Source: a virus. From it: a DNA stretch of 64,000 bases. The notes under the pieces were generated by a model that was given only the letters and a program-made list of their open reading frames with translations, made no database searches and had not been told where the DNA came from. Position 1 is the first letter of the stretch. Each line of letters opens with the position of its first letter. The stretch is taken from the IMG/VR virus record IMGVR_UViG_3300005253_000045, positions 11,629-75,628 of that record. The stretch is one strand, 5' to 3'. Position numbers and translations under genes: made by a program. Positions 48,479 through 57,793 of this stretch are shown here, piece after piece.

Positions 48479-48878
48479 CTCAAAACCCCTTGTCAGTCAC
48501 TCCATGTATTCGCCTAGCCTTTGTACCGTGGGTTCGGCACGGGTACATAGGCCGGCTCTTCCGTCTCGTAGGCGTCGCTCCCATCCTCATTCCATACGTC
48601 GCAGAAGCCTGTATATGCCATCGCATCCGGCCCGCGTAGCTCTGCTGGTATCAGTAGGACTCGAATCGAGTCACTGTATCGCTCCAACGCGTTCCGCCCG
48701 AATGGGTTATTGTCGGCATCTACTAGCTCAAGGTATCTGGTCAGCGCCTCTTCTACGTTGTGGAAGGCACCAGACTGCATCATGTAGCCGCTACCTCGCG
48801 GGTGTTGGACGTGTGCGTGGTACAGCATAGTCGTTTACTCCCTTCGGTATTGGGGAGTGACTGGCAAGGGGTTTCGAG
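48479..48878. repeat. Stem A enclosing ORF 48514..48828
   Basis: Arms 48479-48503 and 48854-48878, 23/25 WC pairs. Confidence 0.9.
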
Positions 48879-48885
48879 AGTGTGC

Positions 48886-49175
48886 TACCAGATGCCACCT
48901 ACAAGGGGTTCCGCGTTGCTGTGTGTTGCTATCCTGCCTTCTGTACCGTTTCAAGACGCTCATAACTTGTTCGGAATCCCTATTGCTCCCCTATTCTCTC
49001 AGAGCTGCAATATGCTTTATGAAACACACGCTTAAACCTGCATCTTGCACTAATTCTCGTAACCATGCTTCACTGTCTGTTTGTTTCATCCGTAGATAAG
49101 CATGGATAATCTCGTGAAGATTCATGTTTGATTTCCTCCTGTTGGGGCGAAACCCCCTGTAGGTGACACCTGATA
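48886..49175. repeat. Stem B enclosing 44-aa ORF 48991..49125
   Basis: Arms 48886-48914 and 49147-49175; all 5 mismatches are G:U on the - strand. Confidence 0.88.
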
Positions 49176-49186
49176 ACGGAGCGTTG

Positions 49187-49525
49187 CCTCAATACCTAGA
49201 GTCAGTCACTCCATGTATTCGCCCTAGTTGCCTGTTGCGGCCTTGCGTGGCTGGGCCGCTTCCGTTGTCCCTAGACGCTCTACCGTCCGTATAGCGTCCG
49301 CCCTGTCTACACAAGGTATGGTTTGTATCTGCGAGTTAAGCGGCCCAGCGAACCAACCGTATGGAGTGCTCCATACCTGGCCGATGATACGCCCTTCACT
49401 GTTACGGATACCGTGTGAGCCGCGCTCAACTGGCGCGTCCGCTTGGAATCTCCCTGTCCGGCTATCTTGTGTCATTGTGCGCTCCCTTCCCAATAGTGGG
49501 GAGTGACTGACTCTAGGTATTGAGG
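49187..49525. repeat. Stem A' enclosing ORF 49224..49475
   Basis: Perfect 26-bp arms 49187-49212 and 49500-49525. Confidence 0.92.
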
Positions 49526-49531
49526 GTGTGC

Positions 49532-49837
49532 TACCAGATGCCGCTGACAAGAGGTTCCCGTGCTGCCTATTAGACGGTTACGTATATATACTTTCGCGTG
49601 TCCGTGTGCTTGAAGCCCCACTCTACATGGCCCCGCCACGGCGTTCCGTGCATCAACATGTATTCTTTGGGGTTGCGGCCGGTGGCTATGAGTGCTTGCC
49701 ACACGGCATCCCATTGTGGGCTGTCACGTTCTGCGAATATGTAGCCGTTTGGGTTCGAGTCTACCGTGCCGTCTGGATTGAACGTAGCCATGGTACGCGC
49801 TCCTATCCCGGAAACCCCTTGTCAGTGACACCTGATA
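49532..49837. repeat. Stem B' enclosing ORF 49570..49791
   Basis: Arms 49532-49560 and 49809-49837; 5 G:U and 1 A:C on the - strand. Confidence 0.88.
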
Positions 49838-50302
49838 ACGGAGCGTTGCCGTGTGGCGAGTCTGACGTCCCGCTCTCTGTGTCCCTCTCTATTTATTTAC
49901 CGAGTGAGCCTCACGAGGTTGCTACCCGTTGCCCCTCTGTCCGCCTCTGCTAGTGCGTTGTCCGTGCGTGCTAGCTGCGCGGGGGCCGTAGTCACCAACC
50001 CCTGTCCGGTATGCTCCTGGCCGGCCATACGGGCCGCTATGCCCTGCCGGCCATTGGAGTGCTGTGTCTTGGCCTATCTCATCAGATACGGGCGGCCATT
50101 CCCGTATGACTACCGCCATAGTTTCGACTGTGCTAGGCGTATCTGCTCTTAGCTTCCGTGCTAACACCTAACCAACATCGGGTACATACCCATACGATAC
50201 CGTTGTACCGTTCAATCTTGCTTCCGCACTCCCCGCACGGGCTTTCGGCGTGTCGCCATGCATATACTCGTGTCATTGTCGCTACTCCTCCTCTCGCCTC
50301 TA

Positions 50303-50339
50303 TCATCGGTAGTCTATCATAGACCTGAAGGGCTGTCAA
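50303..50339 (-). promoter_or_regulatory. Major early promoter (sigma70 overlapping a sigma28-like motif)
   Basis: TTGACA-17-TAGACT; TTCA-15-ACCGATGA. Confidence 0.7.
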
Positions 50340-50384
50340 GGGTATGGAGCTAATCAAGGCCAGGGGCAACTGCGGCTAATGGCG

Positions 50385-50660
50385 AGTGCCTCACTCTAGG
50401 TATCAGGGGTATGGGCGGGCTAACCAGGTGTGAGGGACAATGGGTTGTCAGTGACTCGGGGTGCTGGGTGCGCTAACCAGGTGTCAGTGACTCGGGGTGC
50501 TGGGCAGGCATGCGACATCATCTCGCATGATACATCATCCGCACGATACATGTCTAGTCGCGCCATACATCATTCGCGCCCGCGCAGGGTCGTCCGTGCT
50601 GGTACGGGGGCGTTATGGTGTGTTATGGGAAGGGTGACGTTATGGTGTGGGTGTTGGGAG
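50385..50660. repeat. Non-coding short-repeat region, candidate genome end/pac/origin
   Basis: TGTCAGTGACTCGGGGTGCTGGG x2, GCTAACCAGGTGT x2, ATACATCAT x2, CGTTATGGTGTG x2. Confidence 0.6.
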
Positions 50661-51295
50661 TGATAGGTTAGACCCCACACACTCTACGCTGAAAATTGGA
50701 GAGAAATTGAGAAAACCTGCCGCCACAGGCTGGTTTCACATAGGGGGTGTCGTAAGGAACAGGGCATCACCTCCTTCGTTTAACGGGTGTAGCCTACTCG
50801 TGCTTTACTTGACTTTGGCCCGCTCATTGTGGTGTCGCGCCTCTTCCTCCGCAGCGTCGAGGTCCCAGAGCACCCTCCGTACCATGTTGCCGAAGTCGAA
50901 CTTCCAGCCGGCGCCGCTTTTCGGCAGCAAATTGGCCACCCGTTGCAATTCGGCCCGGTCGATGGCTGTTGTCATTGACATTTCGCGCCTCCTGCCTCCA
51001 TTATAGCGCATTTTCGCGTGCTACGCCGGTCCACCCGGTCGAAACAGGCCGCCAGAACCGCTTTCGGCGGCTTCAGAGTGCCTATCGCGCCACTAATACC
51101 TGCCCGAGGGGGATTTCTGGTACTCTGATGTCATTCTCCACCGGTTTAGCCGGCGACGCGGCGTTTCATCGTATGAGCCGGGGTGTTCGAGTGAGTGACA
51201 CCCGATAAATGTTATGGCTGGTGCGCAAAAAAAGAAACGACCGCCACGGATTACGAGAATATACGCGCAATCGCGTAGGCTAGGGGATTATTCGC

Positions 51296-52054
51296 CTAAT
51301 CGTCCGGTTCAGACTCTAGTTGGGGGTGCTCGTGTGTGCCTATAGGCTCCCAGCCATCTTCGTCCGTAGCTCGAATTAAGTCTCGGTGAGCTGCCTCGGC
51401 TCGCTCTGCCCTCTCGTTTTCATCGTTGGGGACACACCCGCAGCACTGGCCGTCGTTAAAGGGGTTGATGCACCAGTAGTTGCCGTCCATGCAGGGGCCG
51501 TCGTCTCGGCGCCACCCTTCCTCCTGGAGGTCTATCTCTACTCCACAGCCCGGACAAGTTGTGTTGGGGGGTAGGTCATAGTTACGCTCTGCGAGCTCGA
51601 CGTCGAAGTCGGCCCACTTACGTCTTTCCTTTTCCTCTGCTTCGGCCTCTGCCACCCGTACACGGGCGGCTATTTCCTTTTCGCCTGAGTTTTCTAGGGC
51701 TGTAGCTAGTTGTTTAAGTGTATCTGCGGCACTCCTCGCGGCCTCTGCTTCCATAATTTCCGTGGCACCCATTTCGGCCGGAGGGTCTTCAAGCTCCCAC
51801 ACCTCAGCATAGTCCGAGACGGTCTTGATGAGGCACTTCGTGCATTCCCACCACCAGCAGGTCTCTTCCCGGTCGACGTCAGCGTAGTACACCTCGTAGT
51901 AGGATGCCCAGGGACGGAACGTGTCGCAGGTGTCGCATCTCTTGAAGTACCTGCGTGTGGGCTCCTGAGTCCAGGCGTTGGCTGTACCGTGTGCGCATCC
52001 ACCGTGGAGGTCTTGTCCTTTCATTTTGAACACCTTGCTATGTAGAAACTTCAC
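51296..52054 (-). CDS. Hypothetical Cys-rich acidic protein
   Basis: Several CxxC motifs. Confidence 0.6.
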   Translation of the reverse strand: MKFLHSKVFKMKGQDLHGGCAHGTANAWTQEPTRRYFKRCDTCDTFRPWASYYEVYYADVDREETCWWWECTKCLIKTVSDYAEVWELEDPPAEMGATEIMEAEAARSAADTLKQLATALENSGEKEIAARVRVAEAEAEEKERRKWADFDVELAERNYDLPPNTTCPGCGVEIDLQEEGWRRDDGPCMDGNYWCINPFNDGQCCGCVPNDENERAERAEAAHRDLIRATDEDGWEPIGTHEHPQLESEPDD

Positions 52055-52709
52055 CGTGACACCCCCAAGAACTCTAGGAGGGCCGTCACCTGCGCCGGCG
52101 ACAGCAGCACGCGGTCGACGAGTCTTTTGCTCTCTCTGTCGTACTGGTCGATACCGATGTGGCCACGCACCTTACCCCCCGTAGCGTCGAAACTAACGGG
52201 CCATCTGAAGTTGCGCTTGCCGCCAGGTATCTTCTCGCTGTAGACTGTTCGTTCCATCTAATCCTCCTGCTCCCACGCCTCAATCTCTTCGTCACCCAAG
52301 CCGCACATGAAGACATGGTCCTCGTTTGGGTGGGGGGTTGGTAGTAGGCAGCGACTTTGCCCCAGTTCTACCGGGACGTACTTTTTGCATTGGGGGCCGT
52401 CTGGTAGAAAGGCTGCTGCTATGTCGCGGGCCAGCACCGGTAGGTCGTCTAGGTGTGTTTTGTCACAAGTGTCCTTGTTCATGAGTTCTATCTCCTCTTC
52501 TGGAAACGGCTCAATGAGGACTTCGTTACAGGCCATGCAAATGGTTCGGCCATAGTCGTCGCCCTCGCCTTCGTACACCTTGTTCCACGGGTGGACGCAG
52601 GCGCCTATGTCCTCGGGCTTCTGTGTGTGGTAGCTGACGGCGGGGCAGGATTCGATTTCGTACTCTAGGGCTTTAATCTCTGAGCGAAGTTGGGATTCGG
52701 CATTGGCTC

Positions 52710-52895
52710 TCATCGTGGGTTCCTCTGGGCGCCGGTACCGCCGTCGACGCTGAATGATACTACCTGTGGCACCCAATCTCCCGCCCTCCCACACTTACCA
52801 TGGGGACAGCCGGCGATGGGGCGTACGGTCTCCGAGATGTTGTAGGCGACCTCGAACTCACCGTGTTGCTCGCAGATATAAATCTGAGTTGGCAC
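52710..52895 (-). CDS. FmdB-like zinc ribbon protein
   Basis: MPT..Y.C..HG.FE..CP..C. Confidence 0.6.
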   Translation of the reverse strand: MPTQIYICEQHGEFEVAYNISETVRPIAGCPHGKCGRAGDWVPQVVSFSVDGGTGAQRNPR

Positions 52896-53154
52896 TAGGT
52901 ACTAGCCTCCGTAGCTTTTGTGGTATATCGGTGTAGATAGGGAGAGTATGGGCCGATGTTGCGTTTCGTAATCCTCCCCGTTGTCGGATACCACCAATAC
53001 CGTTGGTCGCAAGTGGTTGTGTTGCAGAAAGCTACGACCTTCCGCGGATAGAATATCTGGGTGCCATCGAACGCGATGCAGAGTGATAGGTCTTTAACCC
53101 AGATGGCGTCGTAGTCACACTGTGGGCATTTGGTCATGATGTACCTCCGTCTTC

Positions 53155-53195
53155 ATGATAACGTGCTTGCGCCGCGGTGTCAACTTTGGTATAGT
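53155..53195. promoter_or_regulatory. Overlapping divergent sigma70-type promoters at the strand switch
   Basis: - strand TTGACA-17-TATCAT (53183-53155); + strand TTGCGC-17-TATAGT (53167-53195). Confidence 0.7.
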
Positions 53196-53237
53196 AGAGA
53201 TGAAGATATTTGATGCACATTACACGGGAGTTTTGAC

Positions 53238-53564
53238 ATGCCTATCAGACCAAGACCAAAATCCGCGTTCCCCGTATCCGACACCGCAACATCATTCGAC
53301 GTAACACTGGCTGTACCGGCCACGGCCGAACCCCTCGTAGCAGTTCCCGGTGGAGACAAGGGGAGAATCTTGTCCCTAATCAACGAGGGCCCCGGTAGTG
53401 TAGCGCTGGCCTTCGATGCCGTGGCCACTGTCTCCGACTTCCTGCTGGAAGAGGGCGATGGCTACGATGAGCACGACTTGGAGATTAGCTCCGAGATTTC
53501 GTTCATCAACGTCACCCCGGCTGTTTCGCCGCGTGTCCGTGGCGTTCTTTGGAGCGGTGGATAA
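53238..53564 (+). CDS. Small beta-rich protein, possibly virion
   Basis: SD GGGAG; first gene of + block. Confidence 0.55.
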   Translation: MPIRPRPKSAFPVSDTATSFDVTLAVPATAEPLVAVPGGDKGRILSLINEGPGSVALAFDAVATVSDFLLEEGDGYDEHDLEISSEISFINVTPAVSPRVRGVLWSGG

Positions 53565-53900
53565 TATGCCCATCCGTCCCGCCCCTAAACCTTCGTGGAA
53601 GATGCTAGCCGCGCTTCTTATGCTGGCCTACCTGCAGATGCAGACCAGTCCTACGGGCAGTATTGATTCCTTGAAGCAGGGGATGGACGAACTGGAGAAA
53701 ATGCTGAGGGAGTAGGATGGATACCTTCTGGACCTACCATACAAAGGGCGACTTGCGGTGCGACGCCTGTGTGACGCCGCCCACATGGTGTGAGGCGTGT
53801 GAAGGTCTCGTTCACACGCATTTGAATGTTGAACTAGATTCAGTCCAGGCAAAATGCGACCAGTGCGGTGGGCGGGCTGTCCCGCCCCCAGAGGAAGACG

Positions 53901-54497
53901 ATGCCCCCTAACTTGTCCCGACTTCGGCGAGATAGAGTTCGCAACAGGCGCCAGTCCACTAGGATAGCGAGTGCGGGTATACGTACTGCCCTTGCTGAAC
54001 TACCGCCGGCCGCCGCGGCGCAGGCCGCTAGGATTCCCGTAGCGTCCCGGGCTCGTCCGTTTTCTGCCGAAGCTAGTCCTACAGTCGAGGCTCGTGCCTC
54101 AAACCCTGTTCAATTCTCTACTGGGGCGACAGGACGTCTTCGTGCGTCGACCCAGCGTGTTAAGGGTGTTGCCCGGCATGAGGTTGCTCATCTGCTTGGT
54201 GCAGGGCACCCGGCACTCAGTGCGGCAACGCGAGGAACCCAGCTTCCTAAGACCGGCGTTCAAACAGCACAAGCCGCCCGCTTTGAGACTGAGCCGCGTT
54301 TGAGGCGTCAGCGTATTTCACGTACTCGAGCCGGGGTAAGTCGTCCAACTTCACAAGTGTCGGCCGTGGTACGCCCGGGTACGATGCGCGGTAAGTTTAT
54401 GAAGTTCGGTTCAGAGGATACTGAGCGGGGCCGGCGACTACGAAGGCAAAGTCTAAACATGGCCCTCAAGTTACGAAAAGCCGGCAGAGACTTCTAG
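53901..54497 (+). CDS. Arg-rich protein with HExxHxxGxxH motif
   Basis: RHEVAHLLGAGH. Confidence 0.5.
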   Translation: MPPNLSRLRRDRVRNRRQSTRIASAGIRTALAELPPAAAAQAARIPVASRARPFSAEASPTVEARASNPVQFSTGATGRLRASTQRVKGVARHEVAHLLGAGHPALSAATRGTQLPKTGVQTAQAARFETEPRLRRQRISRTRAGVSRPTSQVSAVVRPGTMRGKFMKFGSEDTERGRRLRRQSLNMALKLRKAGRDF

Positions 54498-54507
54498 GAG
54501 GTACCCC

Positions 54508-54894
54508 GTGGAACCGCCGCGGTGGGCGCTACGCCTGATGCGTAAGATGGCCCGGGACTACAAGATAGCCCCTCCCTACCTACACTGGAAGACACGACGT
54601 TCTCCGACGTCCTCTGGGTACTGCACGCTAAAGGGCCACTCGATTGGTGTGGGTGCTGGTTCTGACCGGCAAGACGCGCGTCTTTCATTGCTCCATGAGA
54701 TGTGCCACAATATCCTGTTGAAGCGGGTACCAGAATACCGTGGGGAGCATGATGACCGTTTCTACGATTTCCTCTGGCCCATCATCCGCCGATACCGGTT
54801 TCCGATGAAAGTGGCGCTGTCATTCGAGGGGAGCCACCACAAGCGTACCGTGGCCCTGACGTACCGTCGGGGTGGCGGGAGTTTGAAGTGCTGA
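54508..54894 (+). CDS. SprT-like zinc metalloprotease
   Basis: SGYC..LLHEMCH..HDDRF. Confidence 0.7.
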   Translation: MEPPRWALRLMRKMARDYKIAPPYLHWKTRRSPTSSGYCTLKGHSIGVGAGSDRQDARLSLLHEMCHNILLKRVPEYRGEHDDRFYDFLWPIIRRYRFPMKVALSFEGSHHKRTVALTYRRGGGSLKC

Positions 54895-54907
54895 GGTATA
54901 CTGAGGT

Positions 54908-55579
54908 ATGAGCTTCATCCACGGCTTCCGAACCTACACCCTTGCTCGATGTTCAAAGACATCTCAGCCGGTCTTGCAAGGAGCAGCAGGGATGCACCTG
55001 CATTCTGCCCTCCAGGAGGAGGCTCAGTGCCGTGGCATCTCGGGTGCAAAATGGATGACGGAGGCTGCGCGGGAGAAGCTCAACGCTGTTTATGCCTTCG
55101 AGGGTAAGAAAGTTCCTCATGATGGCCCGGCGCCGGACTGGGACTGCACTTGCGGGCACTACTTCTACCGAACGCTGAAGGATGCCTACCTGACCCCCTA
55201 CAACATCTACGCCCACGTGACATGCCTGAAGCGTACTATGCTCCACACTGGCGGGGGACGGACGACACAGTACTCTATTGACTATTTCCTGTCCCCTGAG
55301 AGGCCGGGGCAGAAGGTTTACATCGCTCCGGCAATGCCTCCGGCTATGCAACAGCCTGTATATCCGTCCGCCCTAGCGTGGCCTCCGCCTATACTAGGGA
55401 GCTCACATGACCAACAAGAGGTCTTGGGTGCCATTGGTATGAGTCTGGGTATTCCTATTCTTGACCGAGACGACATGCGTGGATGCCCCTCATGCCTAGA
55501 AATTAACGGCTGGCGGAAGAAGACCGAAATCACTGACCGGATGAGGAAAGACTTCTTTGGGGAGGGGTATCGAAAGTAA
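54908..55579 (+). CDS. CxCGxY-motif protein, paralog of 15256..16152
   Basis: HGFRTY..APDWDCTCGHY..GGRT. Confidence 0.6.
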   Translation: MSFIHGFRTYTLARCSKTSQPVLQGAAGMHLHSALQEEAQCRGISGAKWMTEAAREKLNAVYAFEGKKVPHDGPAPDWDCTCGHYFYRTLKDAYLTPYNIYAHVTCLKRTMLHTGGGRTTQYSIDYFLSPERPGQKVYIAPAMPPAMQQPVYPSALAWPPPILGSSHDQQEVLGAIGMSLGIPILDRDDMRGCPSCLEINGWRKKTEITDRMRKDFFGEGYRK

Positions 55580-55881
55580 TGGGCACAAAGATTGGGAAGC
55601 CTTTAACCGAAGTAATAGGCCAGCCGCGTGTACTTCCCAAAACCCTCCCGCGGCCAGAGTTGGTGCCTGAGAAGGAGCCTGTGAAGGAGCGAGAGAAGCT
55701 ACCGGTGGAAGCAATAGTGGCGCGTGCGGAGGCTGCAACTGGGCATGTTATCACGCGCCTGGCAAAGTTCCTAGGTATCACAGAGCAGCAGGTCGTCGAC
55801 CCAATCATCACGCTTATTGATAGAGTGACGCGCGGCATTAAGCGGCTGACCCCGCCCCTGGTTAAAACCCCTAGTCCTTGA
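55579..55881 (+). CDS. Pro-rich IGKP protein
   Basis: MGTKIGKP..PRPELVPEKEPV; coupled by TAATG. Confidence 0.55.
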   Translation: MGTKIGKPLTEVIGQPRVLPKTLPRPELVPEKEPVKEREKLPVEAIVARAEAATGHVITRLAKFLGITEQQVVDPIITLIDRVTRGIKRLTPPLVKTPSP

Positions 55882-55907
55882 CAATAGGTTTCCTCTCCAG
55901 CTACAAT
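55878..55907 (+). promoter_or_regulatory. sigma70-type promoter
   Basis: TTGACA-18-TACAAT. Confidence 0.65.
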
Positions 55908-55965
55908 GAGAGTAGTGGGTGACGCTTGTCGCTCAGTCTACTCTTGCAAGAGGAGAAAATACATT

Positions 55966-56634
55966 ATGCCTTGGGAACGTGATGCAGACATGCGTGTCCG
56001 CGCACAAGAGGGAAGTGCCTCTGTCACTAGTGATGGCAATTACCGGTCACTTCGGTCTAACCGCGTGGGTGCGCTCTATGCAGCCAGTGCTCTTGATGAC
56101 CTAATTCGTTTGGGATATGGTTACTGTGCGGGTATCGGCCTGCTATCAGCGGGCGAACCCCTCCCCAATCAGGTCATCGTAACTCTACGGCCTACTCTGT
56201 GGGTTCGTGTACCGTCTGGTGTGACTATTCGCCCCTTCTATGGCGCCATCCAAGTTGAGGACACAGGGGCAACTAACGCCTTTGAGGCGCTCATTGGCTC
56301 GGCTCCGTCGGATGTGGGAAATGGCACCAGTGACGCCGCAGACTTCGGCCCGGTAAACCTACGAACAGGGTTGGGGGACAACTCGGGGTGTACAGTGCGA
56401 CAGGAAGCTAGTGGAGATGTGGATGCTGATGTCAACTGCAACCTCTGGCGAGCCTTCAAGCACGAGGACAACGTTGCCACCCCGGCTACTGCTGGCCCCG
56501 CTAACTTTGAATGGAAGCCAACGGTTCTTCCTGCTCTAGTTGGTCCGGCAACTCTGGCGCTGTATGTTGGTGGAGGCGCAATCCACCAGATAACGGCCCA
56601 GCTCCAGTGGATTGTAGAGCCCACGGCTAACTAG
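55966..56634 (+). CDS. Putative structural protein
   Basis: SD AGGAG; beta-rich. Confidence 0.55.
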   Translation: MPWERDADMRVRAQEGSASVTSDGNYRSLRSNRVGALYAASALDDLIRLGYGYCAGIGLLSAGEPLPNQVIVTLRPTLWVRVPSGVTIRPFYGAIQVEDTGATNAFEALIGSAPSDVGNGTSDAADFGPVNLRTGLGDNSGCTVRQEASGDVDADVNCNLWRAFKHEDNVATPATAGPANFEWKPTVLPALVGPATLALYVGGGAIHQITAQLQWIVEPTAN

Positions 56635-56659
56635 CTTCTTGTAGGCTAGGAGACCTTCT

Positions 56660-57109
56660 ATGTGCAACTACTGCGGAGAACATGCCTCTGGCGTCATACC
56701 GACTCAGGACTATAACGTCCAAACTCCGGCCGCACAGGCTACCGGTACGGCCAACCCGCCTATTCCGGCCGACCACGAGCAACAGACTCCTGAGTTCCTT
56801 CAGAAGCTCATTGCCTCGCTAAATACTCTTCGGCAGGAGCAGAGCGAGCTGTACGCTAAGATGTACCCGCCGATGAAGCCGGGGCAGAGCAATGCCCCCG
56901 CCCGCCCGCCTTACGAGGTATTGGAGGAATACAAGCGGCAGGACAGGGAGTACGACGACAAGATAAATGCGCTACGGATGCAAATCCGGGAGCTGCATAT
57001 TCTTCTAGCGCGGAAGGCCGAGGCAATGCCGAAGCCGGAACTTGAAAAGACCCCAGGCCCGACCGCACCCCCGACATCTCCGCCTGCGGAGGCAGTGAAG
57101 GGGGCGTAG
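56660..57109 (+). CDS. Coiled-coil hypothetical protein
   Basis: SD AGGAG. Confidence 0.55.
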   Translation: MCNYCGEHASGVIPTQDYNVQTPAAQATGTANPPIPADHEQQTPEFLQKLIASLNTLRQEQSELYAKMYPPMKPGQSNAPARPPYEVLEEYKRQDREYDDKINALRMQIRELHILLARKAEAMPKPELEKTPGPTAPPTSPPAEAVKGA

Positions 57110-57110
57110 C

Positions 57111-57248
57111 GTGGCTGACCGACGTAAGAAGCGGGATGCTGTTAGCAGGAAGATTCGCAAGCTACGGCATGAAGGGAAGCCACAGGCCCAAGCTGTAGCG
57201 ATAGCGCATAGTATGCAGCGCCGAGGGAAGTTGAGGAAAGGTAGCTAA
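57111..57248 (+). CDS. Small basic phage protein
   Basis: EGKPQAQAVAIAHS motif; not in ORF track. Confidence 0.6.
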   Translation: MADRRKKRDAVSRKIRKLRHEGKPQAQAVAIAHSMQRRGKLRKGS

Positions 57249-57712
57249 TGCCGCCCTTTGCACGACGCCCGCAACGCCCACGACGACTTAGTACTACCCT
57301 TGGTCTTCGGGCGGGGCCTTCCGCTTTTTCTACTCCATTTACTGAGGCGGCCTTGCCTTCTACCCCCCCGATTGGGCGCCCGGTTAGTGCCGCTAGTTCG
57401 TTCCGTGACGCATTCCTTCGTAGGCCCGTACAGTTTCAACAGCAGGCCTTATTGAATGCTTTTAGCCCTGAATCTGGGATGTCCCGGGCTGAGGGTGCTG
57501 CTGAGGGTCTGGGTAAGAACCAATCTCGGGCGGAGGTCGGCACTCCTGGTGGAGGTATGTCCCGGGCGGAGGGAGGCGCGGGCGGCTTAGGTAGGGATAC
57601 GTTCCGGGCCGAGGGTGCCGCTGAAGGTCTGGGGAGGGGGAAGTCTCGGGCAGCCGCCAATGCCCGGGACCGGCGCAGGCGAGGCCAAGCCGATGCGCCA
57701 ACAGCGGTGTAA
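57248..57712 (+). CDS. Low-complexity protein with SRAEG repeats
   Basis: Five (S/F)RA motifs spaced 11-15 aa apart. Confidence 0.55.
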   Translation: MPPFARRPQRPRRLSTTLGLRAGPSAFSTPFTEAALPSTPPIGRPVSAASSFRDAFLRRPVQFQQQALLNAFSPESGMSRAEGAAEGLGKNQSRAEVGTPGGGMSRAEGGAGGLGRDTFRAEGAAEGLGRGKSRAAANARDRRRRGQADAPTAV

Positions 57713-57793
57713 TTTGGTAGGCGTAGAATGTCGAGAGTACGGGCCAACGCTGAAAGGCGGCGTCGGTCTGTCTAAGGAGGAGGTATAGTAATA

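Larger units (their letters stand above)
47977..49889. repeat. Stem E: 26-bp outer inverted repeat enclosing 1.9 kb
   Basis: Arms 47977-48002 and 49863-49889, one mismatch and one bulge. Confidence 0.88.

Noticed and set aside
48479-49850. CRISPR array or classical integron attC array
   Set aside because: Repeats are inverted pairs enclosing 230-350 bp gene-bearing segments; no cas or tyrosine integrase gene; not local attC-type hairpins
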